A DNA stretch of 64,000 nt from Minisyncoccota bacterium (GTDB taxonomy: Bacteria > Patescibacteriota > Minisyncoccia > Phycocordibacterales > UBA9973): assembly GCA_041661005.1 (NCBI GenBank), contig JBAZVG010000001.1, positions 403,307 to 467,306 on the forward strand, written 5' to 3'. The notes under the pieces are model-generated. The model was not told the DNA's origin. It made no database searches and worked only from the letters and a program-made list of their open reading frames with translations. A program made the translations under genes and the position numbers. Below are positions 1-9,452 of this stretch, piece by piece. Within the stretch, counting starts at the first letter, position 1. The number at the start of each line of letters is the position of its first letter.

Positions 1-660
1 ATTGATTTATCTCTTGTTAAACAAGAATATGATATAAAAATAGGGCGACTATATTTAAAATTAGATGAAACTAATCTTGAGATTTTAAAATTCAAAAAGA
101 TTGAGGATTTAATGATTAAAGGTTTTTCTTTTGAAGAAGCACAAAAAGTTGTAGAAGAAACTCTTAAACATAGGCGTGAACAGATAGATGAAGAATACAA
201 AAAACTTAACGAGGAGGAAAAAGATATTGAGAAACGAAAAAATATTTCGCAAGAGGAACAAAAAGAACTAAAAAATCTATTCCATAAGCTTGCTCATAAA
301 TTTCATCCCGATATAACTGGAGGTGATGATTCAATGATGAAAAAAATCAATAAAGCTTATACTAACGGTGATTTAGAAACCTTACGTGCGATTAATCGAG
401 GTGTTGATATTGGAAATGTTAATATAAAAACTATTGAGGAACTCAAAAATAAATTAGCAAAATTAGAAGAATCTATTAAAAAAACTCTTTCCGAACAAGA
501 ACAACTTAAACATTCGGAATGGGCTATTTTGAGAGAAAGTATTGAAAAAGCAAAGAAGCAAAAGCGTGATATTTTAAGTGAGCTTGCAGAAAAAGTGGTA
601 GAAGATATTGCTAAAAAAGAAAATATGCTTGATGAGTTAAAGAAAAAATATGGACGATGA
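1..660 (+). CDS. J-domain (DnaJ-like) coiled-coil protein, 5' end outside the window
   Basis: Frame is open from base 1; contains LAHKFHPD...INKAY (HPD motif) flanked by coiled coils. Confidence 0.75.
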   Translation: MDLSLVKQEYDIKIGRLYLKLDETNLEILKFKKIEDLMIKGFSFEEAQKVVEETLKHRREQIDEEYKKLNEEEKDIEKRKNISQEEQKELKNLFHKLAHKFHPDITGGDDSMMKKINKAYTNGDLETLRAINRGVDIGNVNIKTIEELKNKLAKLEESIKKTLSEQEQLKHSEWAILRESIEKAKKQKRDILSELAEKVVEDIAKKENMLDELKKKYGR

Positions 661-751
661 AAAAGATAAAAAAATAATAACATCCCCGTATTATTCTCTG
701 GAACAACTAAAAAAACATTCTAGTCTTGCAAAAAGAGGTTTGCGAGATCTT
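618..751 (+). repeat. Direct repeat copy 1 (end of J-domain gene plus first ~34 codons of TPR gene 1)
   Basis: agaaaaYatgYttgatgagttaaagaaaaaatatggac...aaaagataaaaaaataataacatcNccgtattattc recurs 752 bp downstream. Confidence 0.85.
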
Positions 752-1384
752 AATATATTGCCAGAGATACAAACACTTATCGTAAAAATGAAAGAAGAAT
801 GCTTTGCTGGTAATTTTCAAGAATGCATTAATCTTTGCGATGAAATATTAAAGTCTATTCCTGCTTATTCTGAACCACTTTATAAGAATGAGATTTTTTT
901 CTACAAATGTGCTTGTTTGTCATATTTAAATAAATATGAGGAGGCAATTATTTGGATAGATAAAGCTTTGGAATATTATCCTGATGATAAAGAATTTTTT
1001 CATTTAAAAGCCAACTGTTTTTATTCATTAAGTAATTATGAGGAAGCTTTAAAATGGTATAACAAGGATTCAGAAAATTATTATGAGAAAGCCACTTGTT
1101 TATATTCATTAGGCAATTACGAAGAATCCTTGAAGTGGTATGATAAAGTTATAGAAAATTGGTCTGGTAATATACCAACTCCTAATGGCTTTTTAGGGAG
1201 GGTTAATATGTTTTACAATAAAGCAAGTTGCTTATACCATTTAAATAGATATGAAGAAGCTTTGGTGTGGTTTGATAAAGCTTTAGAAAAAAATCCAGAA
1301 TATCAACTAACTGGATCTTTGCAAGAAGATTGTCTTGAAGATAAAGCAGTGTGTCTAAAAATGTTGGGTAGAAAACATGTTTGA
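650..1384 (+). CDS. Tetratricopeptide repeat protein
   Basis: Repeated KA.CL..L..YEEAL.W.DKALE motifs. Confidence 0.85.
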   Translation: MDDEKDKKIITSPYYSLEQLKKHSSLAKRGLRDLNILPEIQTLIVKMKEECFAGNFQECINLCDEILKSIPAYSEPLYKNEIFFYKCACLSYLNKYEEAIIWIDKALEYYPDDKEFFHLKANCFYSLSNYEEALKWYNKDSENYYEKATCLYSLGNYEESLKWYDKVIENWSGNIPTPNGFLGRVNMFYNKASCLYHLNRYEEALVWFDKALEKNPEYQLTGSLQEDCLEDKAVCLKMLGRKHV

Positions 1385-1503
1385 TGAGTTAAAGAAAAAA
1401 TATGGACAATGGAAAAGATAAAAAAATAATAACATCTCCGTATTATTCACTGGACAAACTTAGTGAAGATTCCGGTCTTCTGAAGAGAGGTTTAAGAGAT
1501 TTG
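1370..1503 (+). repeat. Direct repeat copy 2
   Basis: Near-identical to 618-751 in its 5' part and diverging 3'-ward. Confidence 0.85.
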
Positions 1504-2073
1504 AGTTTATGGCCTCAGGTTCAAGATATTTTTAATAAGTTAAATGAAAAATTTTGTGCTGGTTTAACTGACGAATCTATAGAACTTTGTCTTGAGATTC
1601 TTGCGACAGACCCAAATCATTTCACTACACTTTGGTATTATGGCAGATGTCTACTTGAAAAAGGTGAGTACGAAAAATCTATTGAATATTTTACGCGATG
1701 TCTGAATGAAAATGAAGAAAGTAGTAACTTTTTTATCTTGATATTTCGAGGAGATGCATATTGGAAATTAGGTGATTACAAAAATGCTTTGAACGACTTT
1801 CTTAAGGCAATAGATTTAGATCCTTCTATTGGTGTATCGTATGTTAATGTAGCAATATGTTTTTCTTCTATGGGTGAACATGATAAAGCTCATGAGTATA
1901 TCGATCAAGCAATTTCAATGGACAATAAAAGTGATCTACCTATGGGTAAGAAAGCAGAAATTTTTGAAAATCAAGGGAAAATAGCTGAAGCTCTTGAACA
2001 ATATAAAAAGACATTGAAAATGTTTCCTGATGACGAATATGCAAAGAAAAAAGTGATAGAGCTATCAAAATAA
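1402..2073 (+). CDS. Tetratricopeptide repeat protein
   Basis: TPR motifs (RGDAYWKLGDYKNALNDFLKAIDLDP); N-terminus shared with 650..1384. Confidence 0.85.
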   Translation: MDNGKDKKIITSPYYSLDKLSEDSGLLKRGLRDLSLWPQVQDIFNKLNEKFCAGLTDESIELCLEILATDPNHFTTLWYYGRCLLEKGEYEKSIEYFTRCLNENEESSNFFILIFRGDAYWKLGDYKNALNDFLKAIDLDPSIGVSYVNVAICFSSMGEHDKAHEYIDQAISMDNKSDLPMGKKAEIFENQGKIAEALEQYKKTLKMFPDDEYAKKKVIELSK

Positions 2074-2085
2074 TTATATAAAGAA

Positions 2086-2340
2086 ATGATAACTGACAAT
2101 TGTAACCATACATGGAAAAAACATACCGACGCAAGTCTTAGTGAAGGCACAGGTGTCATACCAGCTTATTATCGTTGTGAAAAATGCCGAACTTTAATGA
2201 CAGCACCAGAAGTCTTTCAATTAGAAGCATTAGAAAATCAAAACAAAACCTTGAGCCATATTAAAGGTTTTCAAAAATATATTGCTCTGATGGCTGTAGT
2301 AATTTCTTTTATCGCTTTGTTGATATCTATCTTTAAATAA
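2086..2340 (+). CDS. Small hypothetical protein, CxH...CxxC zinc-ribbon-like motif and C-terminal transmembrane helix
   Basis: CNHTW...CEKC; hydrophobic C-terminus; operon spacing. Confidence 0.6.
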   Translation: MITDNCNHTWKKHTDASLSEGTGVIPAYYRCEKCRTLMTAPEVFQLEALENQNKTLSHIKGFQKYIALMAVVISFIALLISIFK

Positions 2341-2341
2341 T

Positions 2342-3034
2342 ATGCCCGACGACCAAAACACAACCCAAAATCCAATCCCCACAGAAAACTCTATTCCAGC
2401 AAGCCCCCAAGAGCCTACCGAGCCTGCCCCTGAAAACACAGCACATTCTGAACCTGCTGATGCACTTCCTGAGGCCCCAGAAAGCTCACCGAACGACTTT
2501 TCAGTGAAAAGTAATGATATACCACCCTCAAATTCTACCCTTTCAGAGCCTTTCAGTGAGCCAAAACCTGAAGAAAAATCAGCTCCAAATGAACCTAACC
2601 CAGAGTCAGTTTCTGAGCCTGTTGAAGCCCCCGAACCCAAAACGGCTCAAATACCAGTATCTGAGCCGTTGAACTCTACGAGCGAGCCGTTAGGCGAGCA
2701 AGTAGAATTCCCGGAAACTAAAACCGAGACAAAACCAACCCCCGAAGTAAAACCTGAACCAGTAGAAACTAACCCCGTTCTTGTTTCAACGAAACCCTCC
2801 CAAAAAAATTTATGGCAAAGATTTCTAAGTAAAATACAAATTGGAAAAAGAAAAAAGTTGGATCGTGTTATGACTTTATTTCTGAAAAAATCTAAAATCA
2901 CAAACGACGAAGTCGAGAAATTTCTTCACGTCTCTGACGCCACAGCAACTAGATATCTTTCAATTCTGGAAAAGGAAGGAAAAATAAAACAGAATGGAAA
3001 AACTGGAAAAGGAGTTTCGTATTCCAGAATTTAA
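2342..3034 (+). CDS. Pro/Glu/Ser-rich disordered protein with C-terminal winged HTH (DeoR-like)
   Basis: C-terminal ITNDEVEKFLHVSDATATRYLSILEKEGKIKQNG. Confidence 0.75.
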   Translation: MPDDQNTTQNPIPTENSIPASPQEPTEPAPENTAHSEPADALPEAPESSPNDFSVKSNDIPPSNSTLSEPFSEPKPEEKSAPNEPNPESVSEPVEAPEPKTAQIPVSEPLNSTSEPLGEQVEFPETKTETKPTPEVKPEPVETNPVLVSTKPSQKNLWQRFLSKIQIGKRKKLDRVMTLFLKKSKITNDEVEKFLHVSDATATRYLSILEKEGKIKQNGKTGKGVSYSRI

Positions 3035-3076
3035 TTCTAATCAGGGAGTGAGTTTGCGTGCACGCACGGGTGGGTG

Positions 3077-3466
3077 GAGTTTTTGTGTAATCACAAAAAC
3101 TCTGGGGCAAGCACGATGGCATTTGCGCCTTCGGGAATTTCCGCTAGGGTGTCTGGGCTAAAGACGAGCGCCTGAGCAATATGAAATACTAAAATCTCAT
3201 AGCGAAAGCGACATACTAAACATGGATATGAAAAACCTGAGAGGGGTTTGTGCGGTCGGGTGGGGTGAGCCCTGTTCCGCTTTGCGGAATGCGACCGCAG
3301 GGAGCACGAACCGAGACAACGCACTGGGGAGAGGAGAATCCTCTCCCCAACTAGAAGCGGGCTTTTTCTTGAACGGCTCATTTACCAGTATTTGAGCCGT
3401 TCGAAAAAGTCCCGCTACCTAGAACTGGCGCTCGTAGCCCTAGCGGAAATTCCCGAGGCGGATGCC
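3077..3466. other. Large GC-rich non-coding element with nested inverted repeats (candidate structured RNA or ssDNA element)
   Basis: Perfect 19-bp IR 3131-3149/3438-3456; 9-bp IR 3164-3172/3427-3435; hairpins at 3077-3102, 3251-3299, 3325-3349 and 3351-3422. Confidence 0.6.
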
Positions 3467-3790
3467 GAGGGTGTATTCCTTTAGACTGGACACAATGATA
3501 TGATGGACGAAGGCACCGAGCATTTGTATTTGGATTTCTCCTGCGGGCAGAATTCAGAATCTCGTCAAAAGAACATTAGTCGAGGAAAAGCGGAATCCTA
3601 ATCCCTAAAATATTTGTTCCGCTTTTCCGAGTCCATTGAATTAGCACATTAGTAGAGCGTGGTAATTAGTTTAAAGTTAAGAGGCGCGCGTAGCGTGCAC
3701 ATTAGGAATTTTTACTAAAATAGGTTCTAGCTGATTTTAAAAGATACTCCAGTTTTGTAGCAAAATATATTCTTCTTTTTTAAAAAAAAA

Positions 3791-4276
3791 TTATTTATTA
3801 AGTTCTATTTCTGCCCGTTCCGCTAAATCTATGAAAATAGCAACTTCTTTCAAGCTAAGTTTTCGAGGTCTTGTATCTTTAATACAAAAGACACCTATTG
3901 GCTGACGTGTTTTGTAATCAAAAAGAGCGATTCCAGCATAAAATCTTATAAATGGAGAACCCACAACCATTGGATTGTCCATGAAACGCGGGTCGTTTAA
4001 GGTATCCTCTACAATAAAAACATTTTTTGCTAATAGCGTATGCCCACAGAAAGAGACAGTCCTATCCCCTTCTTTATTTTCTACTCCGATGCATGACTTG
4101 AACCATTCACGATTAGAATCTAAGATCGCAACCATAGACATGGGAACACGTAATTTTTCCACCGCTTCACGAGTCAAAACATCAAACCGCTCTTCCGGTT
4201 TGGTATCTAAAATAGCCATTCGATGCACAGCTTCTAATCTTTTATTTTCATCATCTGGAACTGGGGCTTTTTGCAT
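3791..4276 (-). CDS. Stand-alone GAF domain protein
   Basis: ILDTKPEERFD...SFCGH...DPRF.DNP.V.G.P.IRFYAG motif. Confidence 0.9.
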   Translation of the reverse strand: MQKAPVPDDENKRLEAVHRMAILDTKPEERFDVLTREAVEKLRVPMSMVAILDSNREWFKSCIGVENKEGDRTVSFCGHTLLAKNVFIVEDTLNDPRFMDNPMVVGSPFIRFYAGIALFDYKTRQPIGVFCIKDTRPRKLSLKEVAIFIDLAERAEIELNK

Positions 4277-4319
4277 ACATAAATTATAAACTTACTGGTT
4301 AGAAATTTCAACAATTTTC

Positions 4320-5033
4320 CTACTGCCCTATCAATACACCAGCAAGAAGTCCGGCAAATAAAGCTATACCTCCCATAATGAGAACCCTCATGCCTGATTT
4401 TAGTATCGGCTGTTTGGTAAATTTGGTAGTGCTCATCCCCAATGCGAAAAGTCCGATTAGAGTTATCGCTATTGATAAAGGAACGGCATTCTTAATGGAT
4501 AAAACAAGATAAGCAAATAATGGAACAATACCTCCTAAGATATATGCAAAAAACATATAAAATCCCCCTTTAATGGAAACAGATTCCTGATCGCCTGAAA
4601 TCTTTAATTCATGCATTATCATTTCTTTCAGAATGAGCTCATGATTCCCTGAAACCTCCTCAGACATCCGAACTGCCAGATCCTTTGACCAGCCATCTTT
4701 CAAATATATTTGATAGAGTTCTTCTTTTTCTTCTTCTGGAAATTTTTCCAGTTCTTCTTTTTCTTCTTTTATTTTTCTTTGTTCTAATTCTTCTTGAGAG
4801 CGATTAGAAAGATAAGAACCTATGCCCATGGAGATAGATTCTACAGAAATAATAACCACCCCTGCCAAAATGACTGTAGCCTGATTGTTGCTACCTATGG
4901 CTATTCCAGTAATCGAACCCAAAGTCGAAACCATGCCATCTTCCATGCCAAAAACTACTTCTCTAAAAACGTTAGTCAGAGAAGATTTTTGATGATGTAT
5001 ATAATCTTTATTTATTTTTTTATGTATTTCCAT
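4320..5033 (-). CDS. VIT1/CCC1 family Fe/Mn transporter
   Basis: FREVVFGMEDG...SMGIGSYLS motif; multiple transmembrane helices. Confidence 0.9.
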   Translation of the reverse strand: MEIHKKINKDYIHHQKSSLTNVFREVVFGMEDGMVSTLGSITGIAIGSNNQATVILAGVVIISVESISMGIGSYLSNRSQEELEQRKIKEEKEELEKFPEEEKEELYQIYLKDGWSKDLAVRMSEEVSGNHELILKEMIMHELKISGDQESVSIKGGFYMFFAYILGGIVPLFAYLVLSIKNAVPLSIAITLIGLFALGMSTTKFTKQPILKSGMRVLIMGGIALFAGLLAGVLIGQ

Positions 5034-5738
5034 TTATAATGCAGATTTCTCTGCTGATTTAGTATTTAATGCCTCTTTTTGTGTTTTTAAATAATCTTTT
5101 AATTGCGGGATAATCTTTTCAATCTCTTCTGTAGTTTTGAAACCGGGATAATTTTTTCCATCAATCACCATAACAGGCACATTTGCCGGTATCTTGTATA
5201 TAGAGATCAAAGCTTTTATGGCTGATAGATCCAAATTGTAATCAAAAGAATAAATGCGTAATTGCGGATACTTTTCACGCAATAGAGATAAGACATATTC
5301 TTGTTTTACACAATCAGTGCAAGTGGGGTCTGGAGAATACATATAGAGAATAAAAGAATTTTCAGAACCACAACGTTCATTTATCTTTTTCATTAAAAGA
5401 TAATCCTTAATCTCCAGCAAAGAATAATATTTCTTCAGATACTTGATGTCCGTATTGTCAGTAGCAAAATTTTTTTCACTATAATTTATCTTGTCGGCAA
5501 TATTATTTATTTCTTGAGACAGCACGGAATTATCAACGTTCTTGCAAGACAATTCCTGCAAAAGAGAAAACTGTGTTTCAGAAGAAAGAATGTCGATAGA
5601 AATATTGTCTTGAATGCTCTTTAATTGATTGATCTTATTATTATAAAAATAATTGGTAACATAAAAAGCGCTAGCAAACAAAGTAGCTGTTATGAAAAAA
5701 ACTATAATATATTTCCTCCAATCGTTTTGCGGTATCAT
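5034..5738 (-). CDS. Membrane-anchored protein with thioredoxin-like C-terminal domain
   Basis: N-terminal TM helix; CTDC motif; VPVMVIDG. Confidence 0.6.
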   Translation of the reverse strand: MIPQNDWRKYIIVFFITATLFASAFYVTNYFYNNKINQLKSIQDNISIDILSSETQFSLLQELSCKNVDNSVLSQEINNIADKINYSEKNFATDNTDIKYLKKYYSLLEIKDYLLMKKINERCGSENSFILYMYSPDPTCTDCVKQEYVLSLLREKYPQLRIYSFDYNLDLSAIKALISIYKIPANVPVMVIDGKNYPGFKTTEEIEKIIPQLKDYLKTQKEALNTKSAEKSAL

Positions 5739-5747
5739 TTTTAAAAA

Positions 5748-6992
5748 TTAACGCCAGCTGGGCCTTTCTGAAACTATAACATTATACACAGCTTTCAAGA
5801 ACCAGATGGGTGCTATAACACTATAAGTCAACATATAAAAAACAATGTAAAAACTTGGCTGAAAACGATTTTCGGCTATTTTCCGACCGACCAAAATGGA
5901 AAAAAAGACCAGAGCGTAACACACTACAAGGATCAACGATATGCCTTTGATATTGAAATAAAACCAATCAAATTTTGGAAACTGTAGTATCTCGCTAAAA
6001 CCAACCACTTGAATTTCTATAACCTTTTCAATAATAAAATTTCCAAATTTAAACATTAAAACTACAAACAAAAAAATGATGCTAAAAATAGAAATTACTC
6101 CCGATGGCAGAGTGAGTAGAGACAAAGCTCCCAACTTCGGTTTTAACAATAAATGCCTGTAATCAATCAGATTTTTAATAAACCCATAATACCAGCGTAA
6201 TCGCTGTTTATATAATTTATACAGCGAATCCGGCGGAACAGTGTAAACATAGGCATCATGACAATAATCTATGCGTAAATTGTGTTGATGCATACGTAAT
6301 GCAATCTCTCCATCTTCTGTATTGTGTGCCTTCCTGAACCCCCCTAGCCTGTCAAAAACTTCCCGTCTGTAAATAGGCAAGGTGCCTGGTGTGACATTCA
6401 GTCCGTTTAAAAGACCCAGCACTTTCTTTACAAAAATAGATCCGAGATATTCAATCTTTTGGATCTTTTGAGCGAAGTTTTTTGGATTATGAATTATTGT
6501 CGCTGGGATAACCGCCATGACATCTTTATTGTCCAAAAAACATTGCATCATCCTACTCAACGCTTGTGGATGGACAAAAGAATCAGCGTCAAGACAAGCA
6601 ACAAATTCCGTTTTTACATGTTGGAGGCCTAGATTTATTGCAGTATGTTTCCCACCATTTTCTTTATGAAAAATTGAAATATTGGGATACTTCTCAAAAC
6701 GTTTCATTATACTCCATGTATTGTCAATTGACCCATCATCAACCAGAAAAATCTTCAGCTTTTCTTTTGGATAATCAATACCGAGTAAAGAACGTACAGT
6801 TTTATAAATTGTTTTATCTTCATTCCAACAAGACACAATGACGGTTACTGTAGGATAGTGACTCAACTTAATCTTCCCATTTCTGATAGTTATCTTTTTT
6901 CTATTTTCCAAAAAGGTCACGAAGAAAAACACCTGCACATACACGGACAGAAAAATTAATACATAAAATATTATGTTGGAAATTGAAACCAT
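5748..6992 (-). CDS. Processive GT2 glycosyltransferase (PgaC/IcaA-like)
   Basis: DDGS, DAD, TED and QRLRW motifs; C-terminal TM helices. Confidence 0.9.
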   Translation of the reverse strand: MVSISNIIFYVLIFLSVYVQVFFFVTFLENRKKITIRNGKIKLSHYPTVTVIVSCWNEDKTIYKTVRSLLGIDYPKEKLKIFLVDDGSIDNTWSIMKRFEKYPNISIFHKENGGKHTAINLGLQHVKTEFVACLDADSFVHPQALSRMMQCFLDNKDVMAVIPATIIHNPKNFAQKIQKIEYLGSIFVKKVLGLLNGLNVTPGTLPIYRREVFDRLGGFRKAHNTEDGEIALRMHQHNLRIDYCHDAYVYTVPPDSLYKLYKQRLRWYYGFIKNLIDYRHLLLKPKLGALSLLTLPSGVISIFSIIFLFVVLMFKFGNFIIEKVIEIQVVGFSEILQFPKFDWFYFNIKGISLILVVCYALVFFSILVGRKIAENRFQPSFYIVFYMLTYSVIAPIWFLKAVYNVIVSERPSWR

Positions 6993-7009
6993 ATTACTTC
7001 GACAAAGAA

Positions 7010-7300
7010 TTACATGCCAACTTCCGCCTTGTTGTCAGTATCGCAAGCACCACAAGCAGCCATGCATTTTTTGCACTTGCAACCAAAAATCTTCATAACA
7101 GCCGCAATACCGACTAATATGTAGACGATTGCTTCAATAGTTGGAACAGATCCGAGAACCATCTTCACAACATTCCAATCACCATTCATCAACATCCCCA
7201 CACCCACCAAACCCCAGTTGATGCCTCCTATGATCAATAGGATTTTGCCAATCAAGGCTGGAGTGCAACAACCCTTACAACAACTCATTCCATGACACAT
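7010..7300 (-). CDS. DUF378-like small membrane protein with Cys-rich termini
   Basis: LLIIGGINWGLVG...IVYILVGIAA. Confidence 0.8.
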   Translation of the reverse strand: MCHGMSCCKGCCTPALIGKILLIIGGINWGLVGVGMLMNGDWNVVKMVLGSVPTIEAIVYILVGIAAVMKIFGCKCKKCMAACGACDTDNKAEVGM

Positions 7301-7409
7301 ATATTTTTTCGTCTCGCGTGAGACAATTAACTAATAAAGGACCTTTTAATAATAAGTCAATTATAGCACTATTCTTTTAAAATGCTACAATGAGAGGACA
7401 TTAATAGCC

Positions 7410-7446
7410 TCGACATAAAGTCGAAGTTTCGACTAAAGACGTCGGA
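7410..7446. repeat. Degenerate double-hairpin palindromic element
   Basis: tcgac-ataaa-gtcga agt ttcgac-taaagac-gtcgga; same architecture as 26356-26400. Confidence 0.5.
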
Positions 7447-7464
7447 ATTAACATAAAAAAATAA

Positions 7465-8226
7465 ATGGAAGAAAACAACATTGAAAATAAAGGCAACAAC
7501 AAGAATGAAAGTCAAAAACAAATAGCTGGAGCAATAATCATAGCAGGTCTCATTATAGCTGGAGCAATTTTGTTGAAAGGAAACAGAACCTCTATTCCCA
7601 CAAGTAATGGAGTTCCCGTCACATCTTTAGCTCCAATTGAAAAAAACGATAGAACTCTCGGGAATGTAAAAGCAAAAGTCATCCTCGTTTCATATGAGGA
7701 CTTTCAATGTCCATTCTGCGGAGCAATTTCTGGTTTGGCGCCCGACTCAGACGCTGTAAAGTATTTAAAACAAATTAACCAAAGCTGGACACCTCTTATG
7801 ATCGGCATCGATGAATATATAAAAAACGGGGATGTGTTGTTTGTATATAGAGATTGGGCATTTTTAGGACCGGAATCAGTAAAATCAGCCGAAGCCGCAA
7901 GGTGCGCCGGTGATCAAGGAAAATTTTGGGAATATCACGATTATCTCTATGCCCATCAAAATGGAGAAAATAAGGGGAACTTTTCCGATACTAACCTAAA
8001 GACTTTTGCAAAAAGTTTGAAATTAGACACAAATACTTTTGATCAATGTCTTGATGGTAACAAATACGCGCAAGCGGTTGCAGACTCCAAAACACAAGGA
8101 ACAGAGGCTGGAGTGACAGGCACACCAAAAGGGTTCATTCTTAAAGACGGCAAAATCGTCGGCACTATTGACGGAGCTGAATCATGGACAACTGTCAAAC
8201 CAAAGATTGATAGCGCGCTCAAATAA
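7465..8226 (+). CDS. DsbA-family thiol-disulfide oxidoreductase
   Basis: N-terminal anchor; DFQCPFC; AARCAGDQGKFWEYHD; GTP. Confidence 0.9.
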   Translation: MEENNIENKGNNKNESQKQIAGAIIIAGLIIAGAILLKGNRTSIPTSNGVPVTSLAPIEKNDRTLGNVKAKVILVSYEDFQCPFCGAISGLAPDSDAVKYLKQINQSWTPLMIGIDEYIKNGDVLFVYRDWAFLGPESVKSAEAARCAGDQGKFWEYHDYLYAHQNGENKGNFSDTNLKTFAKSLKLDTNTFDQCLDGNKYAQAVADSKTQGTEAGVTGTPKGFILKDGKIVGTIDGAESWTTVKPKIDSALK

Positions 8227-8237
8227 AACTAATCGAA

Positions 8238-8681
8238 ATGAAAAATATATTTACATTTCTAATATTTATCCTCCTCATTGTTAATTCCTATTTTACATTT
8301 GGAACATTTTTAAGTGGTGCTACTGGTGGTGGCTCTGCTGTATTTCGTTATCTTGTTCCGCTTGGAATAGCCATAATTGCTGGAATAATTGGATTATCTT
8401 CTAGAAATTCATACCAATTTGATAATGGACGTAAGATGATAATTATTGGTCTAGTCATACCTCTTATATTATTTATTTATGCATTTATTCTAAACCAGTC
8501 TGATGTTGCCAAATTCAAGCAACGTAAAGTAGATTACGAAAATTCAGCCACAATAGTTAATATTCCCCCCTATTCCTATAAGGTATACCCAAATGGAGGA
8601 TTTACTCCTTTAAATGTTTGTGATGCTGGAGCTGGAACTCTGGAATGTATTAATGCTATAAAGGTTTGGAATCAACATTAG
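8238..8681 (+). CDS. Hypothetical membrane protein
   Basis: Three hydrophobic segments; no recognised motif. Confidence 0.6.
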   Translation: MKNIFTFLIFILLIVNSYFTFGTFLSGATGGGSAVFRYLVPLGIAIIAGIIGLSSRNSYQFDNGRKMIIIGLVIPLILFIYAFILNQSDVAKFKQRKVDYENSATIVNIPPYSYKVYPNGGFTPLNVCDAGAGTLECINAIKVWNQH

Positions 8682-8760
8682 TTGATACAAAACTAATGAA
8701 AGTAGTTTTTTTATCTTACATTAAGAACTACCTTTAAATTACCTTGACTGAAACAAAAAA

Positions 8761-8792
8761 ACCATAATAGACACGACCGTGTCTATTATGGT
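8761..8792. repeat. 32-bp palindrome upstream of PaaX/Cas2-like gene 1
   Basis: accataatagacacg-ac-cgtgtctattatggt with perfect 15-bp arms. Confidence 0.9.
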
Positions 8793-8804
8793 AACATATA
8801 AAAT

Positions 8805-9365
8805 ATGCGCTTAATTGATCAAGAGTCTAATTCAGGCAAAATAATCCGCGCGCTTGGTATCGGGATAGGGATATCCGTGGCACTAGGAAATAGGAGAACA
8901 AGCTATAAAATGACAAAAACATTAATTAAAGAAATTTTTGGTTTAAATAAACAACCCAAAAATTATTCTAGATATTTTTCTAAACTGAGAAAACAAAAGT
9001 TTGTATGTATTAAGAAAATTGACAGTGATCACATTGTGTCTCTCACAGAAAAAGGCAGAGAAGTTTTTTTAAGATTTAATTACGAAAACTTGGAAATAAA
9101 AAGAAGTAAAATATGGGATAGGAACTTTCGCATGGTTGTCTTTGATATTCCAGAAATAAAAAGAAATGCCAGAGATTCACTTCGAGATAAACTGAAAGAA
9201 ATGGGTTTGGTAAAATTCAACGATAGTGTTTGGATATATCCGTTCCCCTGCCAGCAAGAAATTGATTTTATTGCCAATTATTGGAATATAGGAAAATATG
9301 TGCATTTTGCTTTAGTTAAAAATATAACCAATAGAGATTACTTAGAAAGGTATTTTAATTTATAG
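8805..9365 (+). CDS. PaaX-like protein (winged HTH + Cas2-like domain), paralog 1
   Basis: SLTEKG wing; WDRNFRMVVFDIPE..R..RDSLR..L...G....DSVWIYP. Confidence 0.8.
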   Translation: MRLIDQESNSGKIIRALGIGIGISVALGNRRTSYKMTKTLIKEIFGLNKQPKNYSRYFSKLRKQKFVCIKKIDSDHIVSLTEKGREVFLRFNYENLEIKRSKIWDRNFRMVVFDIPEIKRNARDSLRDKLKEMGLVKFNDSVWIYPFPCQQEIDFIANYWNIGKYVHFALVKNITNRDYLERYFNL

Positions 9366-9390
9366 ATATTTTTTCTTATATTTCATAAAT

Positions 9391-9422
9391 ACCACAATAA
9401 CCACGGCCGTGTCTATTGTGGT
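9391..9422. repeat. 32-bp palindrome downstream of PaaX/Cas2-like gene 1
   Basis: accacaataaccacggccgtgtctattgtggt; 27/32 identical to 8761-8792. Confidence 0.9.
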
Positions 9423-9452
9423 ATTAGTTTAACACCGCTAACATACTCCCTA

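Noticed and set aside
3091-3381. 96-aa minus-strand ORF
   Set aside because: It lies wholly within the inverted-repeat element, has atypical composition and no motif; likely a by-product of GC-rich structured sequence.
3351-3422. Group II intron domain V (gagccg motif)
   Set aside because: The gagccg is one arm of a long simple hairpin; the domain V/VI geometry and an RT ORF are missing.
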